Source of the DNA: Gammaproteobacteria bacterium | GTDB lineage: Bacteria > Pseudomonadota > Gammaproteobacteria > Eutrophobiales > Eutrophobiaceae | DNA length: 64,000 nucleotides | Assembly: GCA_965222155.1 (NCBI GenBank) | Contig: CBDCTH010000012.1 | Coordinates: 3,168,001-3,232,000, forward strand | Direction of reading: 5' to 3' | Shown here: piece by piece, positions 51,033-61,276 of the stretch | Position numbering within the stretch: position 1 is the stretch's first letter | Layout: every line of letters starts with the position of its first letter | Notes under the pieces: generated by a model | Database searches by the model: none | What the model was told of the DNA's origin: nothing | The model's input: the letters and a program-made list of their open reading frames with translations, nothing else | Made by a program: the position numbers and the translations under genes

Positions 51033-52274
51033 TCACATCATCTGCTTCTGCAGGTCGATCAGATAATCAATCTCCTCCTCAGTATTGAAGAAATGCGCGC
51101 TGATACGCAGGTTACCGATACCGCCCAGGGTGCGCATGGAGATCTTGATGGGCCTCATACAGCGTCCCGGGGCTGCGCAGCGATTGAAGAAGGCTGTGTC
51201 CTTGTCGTAGTCTCCGGTGGTGTAAGAGATCAGTCCGTGGCGTTTGTTCGGGTCCGTGGGGCAGGTTACCTTGCAGCCGATCTCCTGTAGCCTGTCGATG
51301 GTATAGGTGCCCAGGTGGCGCACCCGTTCCTCGACGTTTTTGATGCCGATCTTCTCGTAAAACTTCAACGTGGCCACCCAGCCGAACAGGGAAGGACCGA
51401 TGGTCGTATCCTGGGAAAACTGGTTGGCGTTGTTCACGGGGGGATAGGTCCAGCTTGCCAGGGTATCGTGGTCCTTGTCCGCGAACGGGATGGAACCGGG
51501 GATGTCCGCCCAGATGTAATTGCGGTAGCGTGCATCGATCCGGTCCATGACGGAACGCTTGATATAGAAGATGCCGGCCCCTTCCGGACCGCACTGCCAT
51601 TTGTAGGCGCCCGATACCAGGAAGTCAACGTCATCGTCTTTGACATCTATGTCCACGGCGCCCAGGGTCTGCATGGCGTCATCCAGCACCAGCGCCCCTT
51701 GAGCATGTGCAATGCGGGATACCTCCTTCATGTCGAAGGTAAATCCGCAAAACGCCGTGGTACGGTCAACGATCACCATCCTGGTATTTCCGTCCACCAG
51801 CTTTTCCATGTCTTCCATGAGGATCTCGCCGTTGACGTTGCGGGCGACCCGGATCTCAATCCCGTAGCGGCGCCGCAAGTCCTGCAGGATATAGGGAATG
51901 GAAGGGTAGGACAGGTCCGTGATCACCACGTTGTCGCCTTGCGCCCATTCCATCATGTTATAGAGGATGAGGTTTGCCGTAATCGCCGGCCGATAGGCGT
52001 TGGTGACCTCGTCCTTGTCGGCATTGATGAACTGTGCGCTACGGCGGATGCTCTCATCCCACTTGGCCAGCAGGAACGGGTGTGTCGCGATATCGGCGGC
52101 GGGGATGTCTTCCATGCGGCCGAATTCGACGAAATTGTAAAAGTCACGCACCGCACTTAACCAGTAATTGCCCGGCACCATCTGGTCGGCCGCGTTCAGG
52201 TAGACCCAGTGGTCCAGCAGCTTGTATTCAGCGCGGATCTCGTCCAGGTGTTCATCTATGTAGTTGTCAGTCAT
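51033..52274 (-). CDS. Class V PLP-dependent aminotransferase / cysteine desulfurase-like protein
   Basis: YLNAA, LDDAMQTLG, SGAYKWQCGPEG, RISAHFFN; start moved to ATG 52274. Confidence 0.85.
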   Translation of the reverse strand: MTDNYIDEHLDEIRAEYKLLDHWVYLNAADQMVPGNYWLSAVRDFYNFVEFGRMEDIPAADIATHPFLLAKWDESIRRSAQFINADKDEVTNAYRPAITANLILYNMMEWAQGDNVVITDLSYPSIPYILQDLRRRYGIEIRVARNVNGEILMEDMEKLVDGNTRMVIVDRTTAFCGFTFDMKEVSRIAHAQGALVLDDAMQTLGAVDIDVKDDDVDFLVSGAYKWQCGPEGAGIFYIKRSVMDRIDARYRNYIWADIPGSIPFADKDHDTLASWTYPPVNNANQFSQDTTIGPSLFGWVATLKFYEKIGIKNVEERVRHLGTYTIDRLQEIGCKVTCPTDPNKRHGLISYTTGDYDKDTAFFNRCAAPGRCMRPIKISMRTLGGIGNLRISAHFFNTEEEIDYLIDLQKQMM

Positions 52275-52400
52275 GTCCTGATTTGCCAGTAAAATGACAA
52301 TTATAAGGGAAAAGACCATATCAATGCGTAGCGTTTTTGTCACATATCAGCTGCTCCTGCTAAATCGAGGTCAGTACAGTTTAAGACAAGGGGGACAGGG

Positions 52401-52424
52401 GGGGACAGATTTAAATCTGTCCCC
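52401..52424. repeat. Perfect 24-bp REP-like palindrome
   Basis: ggggacagatttaaatctgtcccc, preceded by an extra ggggacag. Confidence 0.75.
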
Positions 52425-52669
52425 TGGGAGTCTGACCGTAACGGGGCATGTTTCTCTGGGAGGGAGGGCGTCTCGCCCTCCACCCCGGGAGTTAGCGGGA
52501 ACTGCTGGTCACATAGGGCCTGGAAGTTCAAGCTCATATTATCCATTGACGAAGTCTGCCCAGGCGGAGTATGCAAACTGTATTGTCACACCCTGGTCGG
52601 ATATAATGAACGATAAATGTTGAAATCTAATACCATCGTTCCGGTGACCGGAACGCACACCTGAGCATT

Positions 52670-54022
52670 GTGACCCAACTAACCCTGCGCGAACAATGGT
52701 CCTCCCACACAGGATTTATCCTGGCTGCGATTGGAGGGGCAGTCGGCCTGGGTAATATCTGGAAGTTTCCCTATATGGCCGGGTCAAGTGGCGGTGGCGC
52801 CTTTGTCATCGTCTACCTGCTCGCGGTGACGCTGGTTGCCATTCCTATCCTGATGGCCGAGTTGATGTTGGGTCGGAGCGGCAAGCAAAGCCCGCCCACT
52901 GCCATGTTGATTAATGCGGAAAAGGAAAGCCGGTCACGGTGGTGGTCGGGAGTCGGCTGGATCGGCGCCGGCGCCGGATTTCTGATCCTCAGCTTCTACA
53001 GCGTCGTTGGCGGCTGGGTACTGGACTACGTGTTTGTATCCATAACCGGCGGGTTTTCCGGGATTGAACCGGCCGGGGCACAAGCGCGTTTCGGCAGTGT
53101 ACTGTCCAGTCCGCTGCGTATGATGTTGTCGTTCACTCTATTCCTGGGAATAACCGGGATTATCATCAGCGCGGGTCTGCGTAACGGCATAGAACGAGCG
53201 ACCGGAATACTGATGCCGGCATTATTCCTTATGCTGCTGGTGTTGATTGCCTACAGTGCCGTAAAAGGCGATCTGGCAGCAGGGCTCAGTTTTCTCTTTA
53301 CCGTGGACTTCGGCAAAATCAACCCGAATATCATGCTGTCGGCAGTGGGACACGCATTTTTTTCCGTCGGCGTATCCATGGGGCTGATGATGGCCTACGG
53401 CGCCTATTTACCGCAGGATGTGTCCATTCCCAAGACCGCGGTCGTTATCGCAGGCGCCGATACTCTGGTCGCCATCATGGCAGGGCTTGTCATTTTTCCG
53501 TTGGTGTTCGCAAACGGTCTGGCGCCGGGTGAAGGACCGGGCCTGATCTTTGTCACGTTGCCTATTGCATTCGGCAACATGCCGGCAGGAAGTCTGTTCG
53601 GGGCCGTTTTTTTTCTCCTGTTGTTATTTGCCGCAATCACTTCTTCCATCGCTATCATGGAACCAGCGGTAGCCTGGGTGGAGGAACAGCGCGGCTTGAA
53701 CCGCAAGACGAGTGCGGCAATAGTCACCAGTTGTATCTGGCTGCTGGGTATCGGCAGCGTGTTGTCATTCAATATCTGGGACGAAGTTAAACCTGTCGCA
53801 GGTAAAACAATATTTGATTTGGTGGATTACCTGACGGCCAACCTGATGATGCCGATAGGCGGGATGCTGATCGCGATCTTTGCCGGCTGGTTTATGCGAC
53901 GCAACACCCTGGCGGATGAATTACAGATAAGCAGCCCCTTGCTGTTCGCGAGCTGGCGGTTTCTGATCAGAACCGTGGCGCCGCTTGCGATAGCGGGAAT
54001 ACTGGTGACGAATTTGTTTTAG
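52670..54022 (+). CDS. Sodium-dependent transporter (NSS family)
   Basis: REQW, AVGLGNIWKFPY, GPGLIFVTLP, AAITSS. Confidence 0.95.
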   Translation: MTQLTLREQWSSHTGFILAAIGGAVGLGNIWKFPYMAGSSGGGAFVIVYLLAVTLVAIPILMAELMLGRSGKQSPPTAMLINAEKESRSRWWSGVGWIGAGAGFLILSFYSVVGGWVLDYVFVSITGGFSGIEPAGAQARFGSVLSSPLRMMLSFTLFLGITGIIISAGLRNGIERATGILMPALFLMLLVLIAYSAVKGDLAAGLSFLFTVDFGKINPNIMLSAVGHAFFSVGVSMGLMMAYGAYLPQDVSIPKTAVVIAGADTLVAIMAGLVIFPLVFANGLAPGEGPGLIFVTLPIAFGNMPAGSLFGAVFFLLLLFAAITSSIAIMEPAVAWVEEQRGLNRKTSAAIVTSCIWLLGIGSVLSFNIWDEVKPVAGKTIFDLVDYLTANLMMPIGGMLIAIFAGWFMRRNTLADELQISSPLLFASWRFLIRTVAPLAIAGILVTNLF

Positions 54023-54252
54023 GGTCGGACCAGTATAATCCTGGATAACCCATTGATTATAATATGGATAAATACAGAAACGGGGCTATAAATGAGCTTA
54101 GAAGGGTCTTTTTGTGGGTAAAATGCCCGGTTTTATTTGTTATAAGGGATAGCGTCAGGCAATATTCAAATGTATGCGTTTGCCCTGTAAACACGCTGAT
54201 GAAACGCTCTTTTACACCTGACTCCGGGTCATTATTTGTGTAGCATTCACCC

Positions 54253-54918
54253 ATGCCCTACGAAGTCATTAAATTTATCCATGTCCTGTTACTGGTTTTC
54301 TGACTGGGAACCGACCTAGGCGTACTGCTGCTGGCCAGGAAGTTCCGCGATGCAAGCCTGTCCGTCGAGACGCGCCTGACGCTGATGCACATGGCGATGG
54401 TTATCGATACCATGCCTCGCATCTGTTTTATCGTCATGTTGCCTGCGGGGGTGCACTTGGCTAATGCCACCGGGTTGCTGGATGTCGGTATACCGGGCAT
54501 GGTCGACCTGTGGCTGCTGGCGGCGCTGTTGCTGACTGTCAATATGTCCGCGGCAAAAAAAATGGGGACCCCTCTCGGGACCAGGCTGCAGCGTCTTAAC
54601 TGGGTCGGGCTGGGTATTACGGGATTGCTGCTGATAGGCGTCGGATTATCCTCATTGGTCAATGGAGCGCCGGTAACCACCTCCTGGCTGGCTGCCAAGA
54701 TCGTTATTTACGGTCTGGTCTACTGGTTTGCGATAGGCATAGACTGGATGTTCCTGCCGGTGGGTCGGTTGACCGGCGAACTGGTGGAAAAGGGCTCATC
54801 GGCGGAAATAGAGGCGGGCATTACCCGAACCGTGGACCAGACCATGTGGGCGGTACTTGCGGTTTATGCGGCCACTCTCGCTGCCGCGTATATCTGTGTT
54901 ACAAAGATCGATTTCTGA
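54253..54918 (+). pseudogene. Membrane protein with an in-frame TGA at codon 17
   Basis: MPYEVIKFIHVLLLVF*LGTDLGV is in frame with ORF 54385-54918. Confidence 0.6.
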
Positions 54919-54925
54919 CTGCTGT

Positions 54926-55405
54926 TTAAAATTCCGCGTCGGGCGTGGCCTGGTCGATATCCAAGTATAGCTTCCATTCGTTGTCTGCGTTTCTTTTATA
55001 TATGAGCAGGGAGCGCCCGGCGTCCCGATAGGTATCGCCCCCCGACTCCGGTTCGGCAGTCAGGTAATATTTGCTCAGCAGGTGCGCCGTTTCCCCGTGA
55101 ATTTGTATTTCCTCAATAGCTATCTCGAACGTCACCCTGGATTTACCCATACCCGGCGCAAAAAAGCTGCGAATCTGTTCAACACCGCGCAACGCAGGTT
55201 TGCCGTGCAGGGCGACGATGGCATCCTGTGTGTATAAGGTCATCAACTGATCCAGGTCCCCGGCGCTGTATAACTCTATCCATCTTTGAGCAACCTGTTC
55301 TATGGCGGCGATATCCGCGTCATCGTTTGCCGTTGCCTGATTGAACAAAAGCAGGTTCAGTAAAAGATACAAAGCTGCTTTTGTGAGCCTCTGGCGGAAT
55401 TTCAT
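54926..55405 (-). CDS. Exported NTF2/SnoaL-like (DUF4440/YybH type) protein
   Basis: Signal peptide; GDLDQLMTLYTQDA, G...IY.R...EWK. Confidence 0.8.
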   Translation of the reverse strand: MKFRQRLTKAALYLLLNLLLFNQATANDDADIAAIEQVAQRWIELYSAGDLDQLMTLYTQDAIVALHGKPALRGVEQIRSFFAPGMGKSRVTFEIAIEEIQIHGETAHLLSKYYLTAEPESGGDTYRDAGRSLLIYKRNADNEWKLYLDIDQATPDAEF

Positions 55406-55426
55406 AAAATTTTACCTCCTTATCTG

Positions 55427-57013
55427 TTACCCGGCCTCATTAAGGCCAAGCTGTCCCGGATTAATTACGCCGTCCCTATCCAGCAGGTTTTTTATACGCC
55501 CCAGCATGGTCCACGCCGAGTCCCGGCGACTATCTCTATATGGGTAGTATTTTCCGATCTGGAAATGTATCGCGCCTTGTCTCAGGAAAATATTACGTAC
55601 TTCATCTCGAATTCGCGCAACCTCATTTCGAGCCTCGGGATTCGCCGGTACGGGCGTAAAACCGTTGAATATCTCAGGGTCTATGTTGCGGCGATGTACT
55701 TCATTCAGTTCATCGGGCCAGTAAAACACCGGTTCTACCAGGAACGCGGTATTCCCTACCATGCATAAGAGGTATCCGGTATTGATGTTGTATTTTTCCA
55801 GTGAATCTTTATTTTGTCGATACAGCGCTTGTATCCTGTCAATGGTGTCGACTGCCTGTGAGTGTCCGATTTTACCGTGAACGGGCACCCAGCGCTCGCC
55901 GTTTGGCCCTACCATTGAATTTGTCGGCGGGAAGGGGTGGGAACCGACTATAGTCGGCAGGCTGTTGGGGATTTCAACACCACTATTCTTTCCCACTATC
56001 TTTCTGATCTCTGCCAGGGCATGATCTGCGCCGGCCTCGCAACGATCCTCGACATTAACATGCAGTCCCCATTGCACTTTTTTTACGAACCTGCGGCCGC
56101 TGGCTACGATTTTGACCGATTCTTTCAAGCCGCTTTTTTCGGCTACCCTGGCCAACGTTTTTACGTCTTCGACAAGGTCGGTATCGCCACCGAGTACGCG
56201 GCTGTTCTGCAGGAACGGATCGAAACCATAACACTCAGAGGCAAGTCCCCGGCGTCCGATCTCCGACATGGCGGCACAAATCTGTGGATGGGTTTCGAAA
56301 GAAAACGACGCATATTTCACGACGGCCGGAATAGTCACCAGGCGCAGGGTAGCAACTGTCTTGATGCCAAGAGCGCCGCTGTCACCGATAAACAGTCCCG
56401 TCAGATCGGGACCGTCATACCTCAAAAAAGGGACTCCATCTTTTTTCCCATGAGCGCCGGTGGGCAGAATCTCACCATTTGCAAGCAATACGTCCAGACC
56501 AATCACACTTTCCGCGGCCGTGCCGTGAGATGCACCGCCCCAGAACACGCTGTTCTGTGACAAAGCTCCCCCGATGGTTGCGCGCACACCGGATAACGGG
56601 CCCCAGTAGGGCGGACGCAAGCCGTGATCTGACAAGGCTTCATTCAGTTTTTGCCAGGTACAACCGCATTCAACGGTCACGACCATGTCCTCGGTATTGA
56701 TATCGATGATCCTGTTCATCCTGCGCATGTCAATACTGATGCCGCGCCGGGTCTTGTGCAGGTACGAGTCGGTATATGACATGCCGCCGCCGCGAGCGAC
56801 GATATAGATATTGCTCTCTTTACAGAAAGACACGATCTGGCTGAGTTGTTGCACATTTTCCGGCTGGATGACAGCCAGGGCTGTTTCAAAGCTGCGGTAT
56901 ACGTCTTCTGAGTAATAACGTAATTCACCGGGGTCGGTAATGACGTATCGGGTGCCGACGATGCTGTGAAAACCGGATAATATCTGCTGCGATAAGGTGT
57001 GAGTGTCGCTCAT
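55427..57013 (-). CDS. FAD-binding oxidoreductase (GlcD/VAO family)
   Basis: ARGGGMSY, ATIGG, GDSGALGI, DRDGVINPG; start moved to ATG 57013. Confidence 0.88.
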   Translation of the reverse strand: MSDTHTLSQQILSGFHSIVGTRYVITDPGELRYYSEDVYRSFETALAVIQPENVQQLSQIVSFCKESNIYIVARGGGMSYTDSYLHKTRRGISIDMRRMNRIIDINTEDMVVTVECGCTWQKLNEALSDHGLRPPYWGPLSGVRATIGGALSQNSVFWGGASHGTAAESVIGLDVLLANGEILPTGAHGKKDGVPFLRYDGPDLTGLFIGDSGALGIKTVATLRLVTIPAVVKYASFSFETHPQICAAMSEIGRRGLASECYGFDPFLQNSRVLGGDTDLVEDVKTLARVAEKSGLKESVKIVASGRRFVKKVQWGLHVNVEDRCEAGADHALAEIRKIVGKNSGVEIPNSLPTIVGSHPFPPTNSMVGPNGERWVPVHGKIGHSQAVDTIDRIQALYRQNKDSLEKYNINTGYLLCMVGNTAFLVEPVFYWPDELNEVHRRNIDPEIFNGFTPVPANPEARNEVARIRDEVRNIFLRQGAIHFQIGKYYPYRDSRRDSAWTMLGRIKNLLDRDGVINPGQLGLNEAG

Positions 57014-57143
57014 TTTCTGCCCTCGCGCCGGCAGGCGCTGGTATTTTATTTGCATTTATGAGAATGTTATAACATTAATACAACCGATAACAGGTTGCTG
57101 ACGTGATACATTTCGCACCTGACCATTAAATGGAGATACGAGG

Positions 57144-58139
57144 ATGAAATACCCGTACAGAGTTTATGTTTTGCTGGTAATCCTTCCGTTGTTGCTCGGG
57201 AGCGGCGGCTTTGCAGTTGGCGCCGAACAATGGCAACCCCTGGAAATCATAGACGTCAACGGCCAGCCCTGGGATACCAGCCCCCGGTTCAGGTCAAAGA
57301 CGAAAACGTTTTTCAAGGGGCCTAATGACAGCAGTCTGATCTACGCACATTTTCTGCCGCGCTGGGACATGTCGCCGCCTATCGACCCCCTGGGCCCGCA
57401 CTATCATCACTGGCATGAATGGGCTTACGTGCTGGATGGGGACTTCGTCATCCATGAACCGGTCAGCCCGCAGCAGAAGTCCGGGATGCTTTCACATTTT
57501 ACCCAGGGCACCTGGCTGGACCGTCCTGCCTATACCCTGCATGGCGGCGTATGGGAGGTGGGCGGGATGCGTCCGCAGAACGCCTGCACCCTGTTGATAT
57601 TCGAGGAAGGCGACGGCAGTGTTGTCACCATTGGTCCGGAAGGGGACCATTTCAGGCCGGATTTTTCCGATAAGCCGGACCCATACAGGCCGGATTGGCA
57701 GGCAGTGCAGCAATTCAATCATCCGTGGATAGTCCATACCACCACTGATCTGGAGTGGGAGGCCGATACCAAGGTGCCGGGCCGTTTGCTCAAGTGGTTG
57801 AGTGACGACCAGAAAAAGGGGTTTCGCGCCCGTCTTGTGAAAATACCCCCCGGGTGGCAGGCCCCGCAAAAACACAAGATGAGTTATTACAAGCAGGCCA
57901 GTCGTTTTATCTATCTCATCTATGGCGATCTCTCCATTACACAGCGAAGTAAGCCCGGCGCCACGGGAACACCGGCAACATTAACCCGGGACTTTTTTGT
58001 CTACCAGGCCCCGTACAGCCTGTTTGGCTTTGCTGACGGTCCTGTCACCAGAGACGGAGCAATATGGCTGGAAGTTGTGTACGCGCAAGGCCTCGCAGTT
58101 GGCGGCGGCAAGATTGATATCCCTTCACACCTTGAATAA
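57144..58139 (+). CDS. Exported double-cupin-like protein
   Basis: Signal peptide; HYHHWHEWAYVLDGD and RPAYTLHG cupin motifs; degenerate second repeat. Confidence 0.65.
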   Translation: MKYPYRVYVLLVILPLLLGSGGFAVGAEQWQPLEIIDVNGQPWDTSPRFRSKTKTFFKGPNDSSLIYAHFLPRWDMSPPIDPLGPHYHHWHEWAYVLDGDFVIHEPVSPQQKSGMLSHFTQGTWLDRPAYTLHGGVWEVGGMRPQNACTLLIFEEGDGSVVTIGPEGDHFRPDFSDKPDPYRPDWQAVQQFNHPWIVHTTTDLEWEADTKVPGRLLKWLSDDQKKGFRARLVKIPPGWQAPQKHKMSYYKQASRFIYLIYGDLSITQRSKPGATGTPATLTRDFFVYQAPYSLFGFADGPVTRDGAIWLEVVYAQGLAVGGGKIDIPSHLE

Positions 58140-58790
58140 CAGTGCACTGAGCATCCACATTATCGGTGGCGGCATAGCGGGATTGACCACTGCCCTCGCC
58201 CTGAGAAAGTACGGATTCCCGGTTACATTGTTTGAGCAGTCTGAGCAGTTCGGCGACGTGGGCGCCAGCATCACCATCGGCCCCAACGCGTCCAGAGTGT
58301 TGCTCGCCCTGGGTCTGCAAGAAAAACTGGCACCCTATACCTGGATACCCCGCCATGCAGGCATATTGCACTTCAAAACCGGAGACCACATTTCTTATGC
58401 CCTGCGTGGCGGCAACTATGTTTCCGAATTCGGTTCACCGTTCTGGCATATTCACCGGGCGGACTTGTTGAAGGTGCTGGTGGATTCCTTGTCGGATGAT
58501 GCCGGCGTCGAACTCAGGCCCGGCCATAAAGTAAGCCGTATTACTCAGTCGGACGATAAGGTGACCTGTGAATTCAGCAACGGCATCTCGTACAACTGCG
58601 ACGTATTGATCGCCTGTGACGGGATCAAGTCAATCACACGGGAAACGCTGTTTCCCGGGACGCCGGTGACGTTTACCGGTTACGTGGCCTGGCGGGGTTT
58701 GGTGGATATCGAACAGTTGCCGGGGTTTGAGACTGATCCCGATTTTGCGCTGTACGCGGGCCCCGGCAAGATCTTCGGCAGGTATGCGTT
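58132..58790 (+). pseudogene. FAD-dependent monooxygenase (salicylate hydroxylase-like), C-terminally truncated
   Basis: GGGIAG, IHRADL, ACDGIKS, AWRG; no GD motif; runs into an antisense gene fragment. Confidence 0.8.
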
Positions 58791-58854
58791 GTGCGTATTC
58801 GGCAAATTGCTCGGGTTTGGTAACAGTGGCTTGTACGACCATATAAGCAGACAT
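58785..58854 (-). pseudogene. DUF1330-like N-terminal fragment
   Basis: MSAYMVVQATVTKPEQFAEYAQR with GGAG RBS, then reads antisense to the monooxygenase. Confidence 0.6.
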
Positions 58855-58865
58855 GGTATTTTCTC

Positions 58866-59579
58866 CTATGTTTCAAGTTCAATCAGTTCATAAAACGTTT
58901 GCATATAGCCGCCGACTTCACCGCGTAAAAAAATGAAGTCGTCGTCTGCCGTACACCAGACATCGTATTTCGGATGTTCTTCCGGTAGCTGTCCGGCGGT
59001 ATCGACGTAACGGAAATGATGCGCGTCAAACGTGCCGGCCGCTACACTGATCGTTTCATCACCGACGTATTCGATACCAAATCCCAGTTTGAACAACAGC
59101 GGTCCCGTGGCGCCCCGGTGGTCGGGAGAGGTCACCATCATATCAGGAAAGAAGGTCTTGCCGGGCCCCTGGCTGCGGTCGAAGATGGAGAAGCCCATGC
59201 CGTCACCGGCAATGGGGTGGCTTGCCAACCAGCGCGTGCGCCGTTCCACATCAAACCGTTGTGAGATACGCCCGTCATGCACATTGAAGGATTCCGTTTC
59301 GGCGTAGGTTTCCGAAAAACGCATCCAGCCGGAACCCTCGAAACGATCATCTATCGCCAGTCGGACAAAACAATCCATGGGATAGTGGTCGGCATCCAGG
59401 CCCAGAATAACGTCCCGTAAAACGGTAGGAGGATCATCGATTTCACAGTAGGCGCGCAGGGTTCGTTTGCCGTCGCTATGCACCGTGATGATAAAGGACT
59501 CACGCCCGCGTTCTTGTCCCAGCCGATCCGGTTTTTTACTGGTGTATAAAATTTTGCCTCGTATTGTTTTGTGACGCAT
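58866..59579 (-). CDS. Conserved-looking hypothetical protein
   Basis: Intact 237-aa ORF with AAGG RBS, co-directional with the ligase. Confidence 0.75.
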   Translation of the reverse strand: MRHKTIRGKILYTSKKPDRLGQERGRESFIITVHSDGKRTLRAYCEIDDPPTVLRDVILGLDADHYPMDCFVRLAIDDRFEGSGWMRFSETYAETESFNVHDGRISQRFDVERRTRWLASHPIAGDGMGFSIFDRSQGPGKTFFPDMMVTSPDHRGATGPLLFKLGFGIEYVGDETISVAAGTFDAHHFRYVDTAGQLPEEHPKYDVWCTADDDFIFLRGEVGGYMQTFYELIELET

Positions 59580-59592
59580 ATAGATTAACCTT

Positions 59593-61086
59593 TTATATGG
59601 AAATGAAAATCGATGAGGTGGATCCTGACTGCAATATTATTATTTGAGTCGCTTGAGTAATTCCACTTTGTTCAAAAGTGCCGGAGGATTTTTTTGGTAA
59701 ATTGTCAAGGAACACGTAACGAGAGGGAATCTTATAGGAAGCAAGCTGTTTCTGACAATGCCTGCTCAGGGAGTCTTTGGAGATGGCCTCGTTCGCGGCA
59801 ATGAACGCCGTGACGGTTTCGCCGAATTTTTCCGATGGTTCGTCGACGACAGTCGCTTCCCTGACTGCCGGGAACTTCATCAGAACGGCCTCGATTTCCG
59901 CCGGATAGACGTTGACGCCGCCACGGTTGATGATGTCTTTGTCACGACCACGCAGGATAATATGTCCGCTGTCAAGTTTTGCGGCCAGGTCGCCGGGATA
60001 AAACCAGCCTTCCTGATTTATCGCTTCCTCCGTTCCGTCGCCGTCGATAAAACGCCTGGCGACGCCCGGCCCCCGATAGCGCAAGCGCCCGGTCTCCCCT
60101 GCCTGCACCGGTCTGTCCCGGTTATCCACGACCTGGACTTCGGTCCTGAAGGTAGCCCGTCCTACCGTATGCGCGTAGTCGTCAAACTCGTCGGTATTCA
60201 ATACGGAAATACCGCCGCCTTCGCTGGAGGCGTAATAACCGATTAAACCCGGGTTCACTTTCCGGCGTATTTCTCTGGCCTCCGGCGGATAAAGCGCGGC
60301 GCCGCTGATCAGCAGTTTTTTCAGTCCGGGTAGTAATAATCCCTTTTGATAGAGAGGAGCAAGCCCGCGTAATTGAGCAGGCACGAGGAATGAAGCGGTT
60401 GCATGGGACATATTCAGCGCGTTGATCAACTCGTGGGGCTCATGCGGGGGCGGGTCGAGAATGACCGTAGCGCGGGCGGCCAGGAAAGCCATACCGAAAG
60501 AACGACCAGCGCCGAAGAATAATGGGGTCAATCCTAAAAATCGATCCTGGGAATTAAAGCCTATTGTCACCCATTGGCTGACGAAGCGCTGGTACATCTG
60601 TTCATGGGTGACCAGTGTGCCTTTGGGTTTGCCCGTAGTGCCCGATGATAATGATATGAGCAAAGGTAGATCGGCATGGTCCGGCATCGGGGGCAACCTG
60701 CCGGGTTCGGTCTTCAGCCATTTATTATTGAGCGCCAGTGTTTCACAGCCGGCCGGCATTTCTGCGTCTCCCTCCAGGATCAGCAACTTTGCATTGAAGG
60801 CTGCCGCGGTTGCAGCTTTTTCGGTTGAGGTCCAGCGCTGATCGACAGGCAGGATCACAGCGCCGAGCCGGGCCAGTGCGTAGTGTAAAATCAGGTGACA
60901 GGGATGTTCTTTTAAGGCAAGTCCCACCCGGTCCCCGGCCCTTATACCGCGTTCATGGAGGTAAGCGGCATAGCCCTGGAGGCGTTGCCACAGTTCAAGA
61001 TAACTGATCCGTTCATGCTGAAATTCGATGGCTGTTTTGTCACCATGACTGTCTGCATGGCATTGAAGTACGGAAGCCAGGTTCAT
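59593..61086 (-). CDS. AMP-binding acyl-CoA synthetase, frameshifted at the extreme C-terminus
   Basis: SSGTTGKPKG, YASSE, GDL, GRDKDIINRGGVNVYPAEIE; A10 Lys missing (LPKKSSGT). Confidence 0.85.
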   Translation of the reverse strand: MNLASVLQCHADSHGDKTAIEFQHERISYLELWQRLQGYAAYLHERGIRAGDRVGLALKEHPCHLILHYALARLGAVILPVDQRWTSTEKAATAAAFNAKLLILEGDAEMPAGCETLALNNKWLKTEPGRLPPMPDHADLPLLISLSSGTTGKPKGTLVTHEQMYQRFVSQWVTIGFNSQDRFLGLTPLFFGAGRSFGMAFLAARATVILDPPPHEPHELINALNMSHATASFLVPAQLRGLAPLYQKGLLLPGLKKLLISGAALYPPEAREIRRKVNPGLIGYYASSEGGGISVLNTDEFDDYAHTVGRATFRTEVQVVDNRDRPVQAGETGRLRYRGPGVARRFIDGDGTEEAINQEGWFYPGDLAAKLDSGHIILRGRDKDIINRGGVNVYPAEIEAVLMKFPAVREATVVDEPSEKFGETVTAFIAANEAISKDSLSRHCQKQLASYKIPSRYVFLDNLPKKSSGTFEQSGITQATQIIILQSGSTSSIFISI

Positions 61087-61098
61087 AGGAAACAGGGG

Positions 61099-61212
61099 TT
61101 AGTCGAGGTTGTAGATACGCCGCACGTTATCCCGCCAACCCGGACGGTGGGACAACACTTCTTCCGTCCAGATATTCACGACGGCATCAATGGCTTTGAG
61201 ATTATTCGACAT
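61099..61212 (-). pseudogene. Collapsed amidohydrolase-like gene (N- and C-termini only)
   Basis: MSNNLKAIDAVVNIWTEEVLSHRPGW-RDNVRRIYNLD*; GAGG RBS. Confidence 0.55.
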
Positions 61213-61276
61213 GGTGAATCCTCATTGGTTTTCTATCATACCCCGTTAGCCGAACTTACAGCAGTCAATATCCGGG

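Noticed and set aside
38344-54303. TGA-to-Trp recoding, suggested by two in-frame TGAs at Trp-like positions (38344 and 54301)
   Set aside because: Intact genes such as iscR, alkA and pepA end at TGA at their expected lengths, and other pseudogenes have TAA or TAG stops. TGG>TGA mutation explains both cases.
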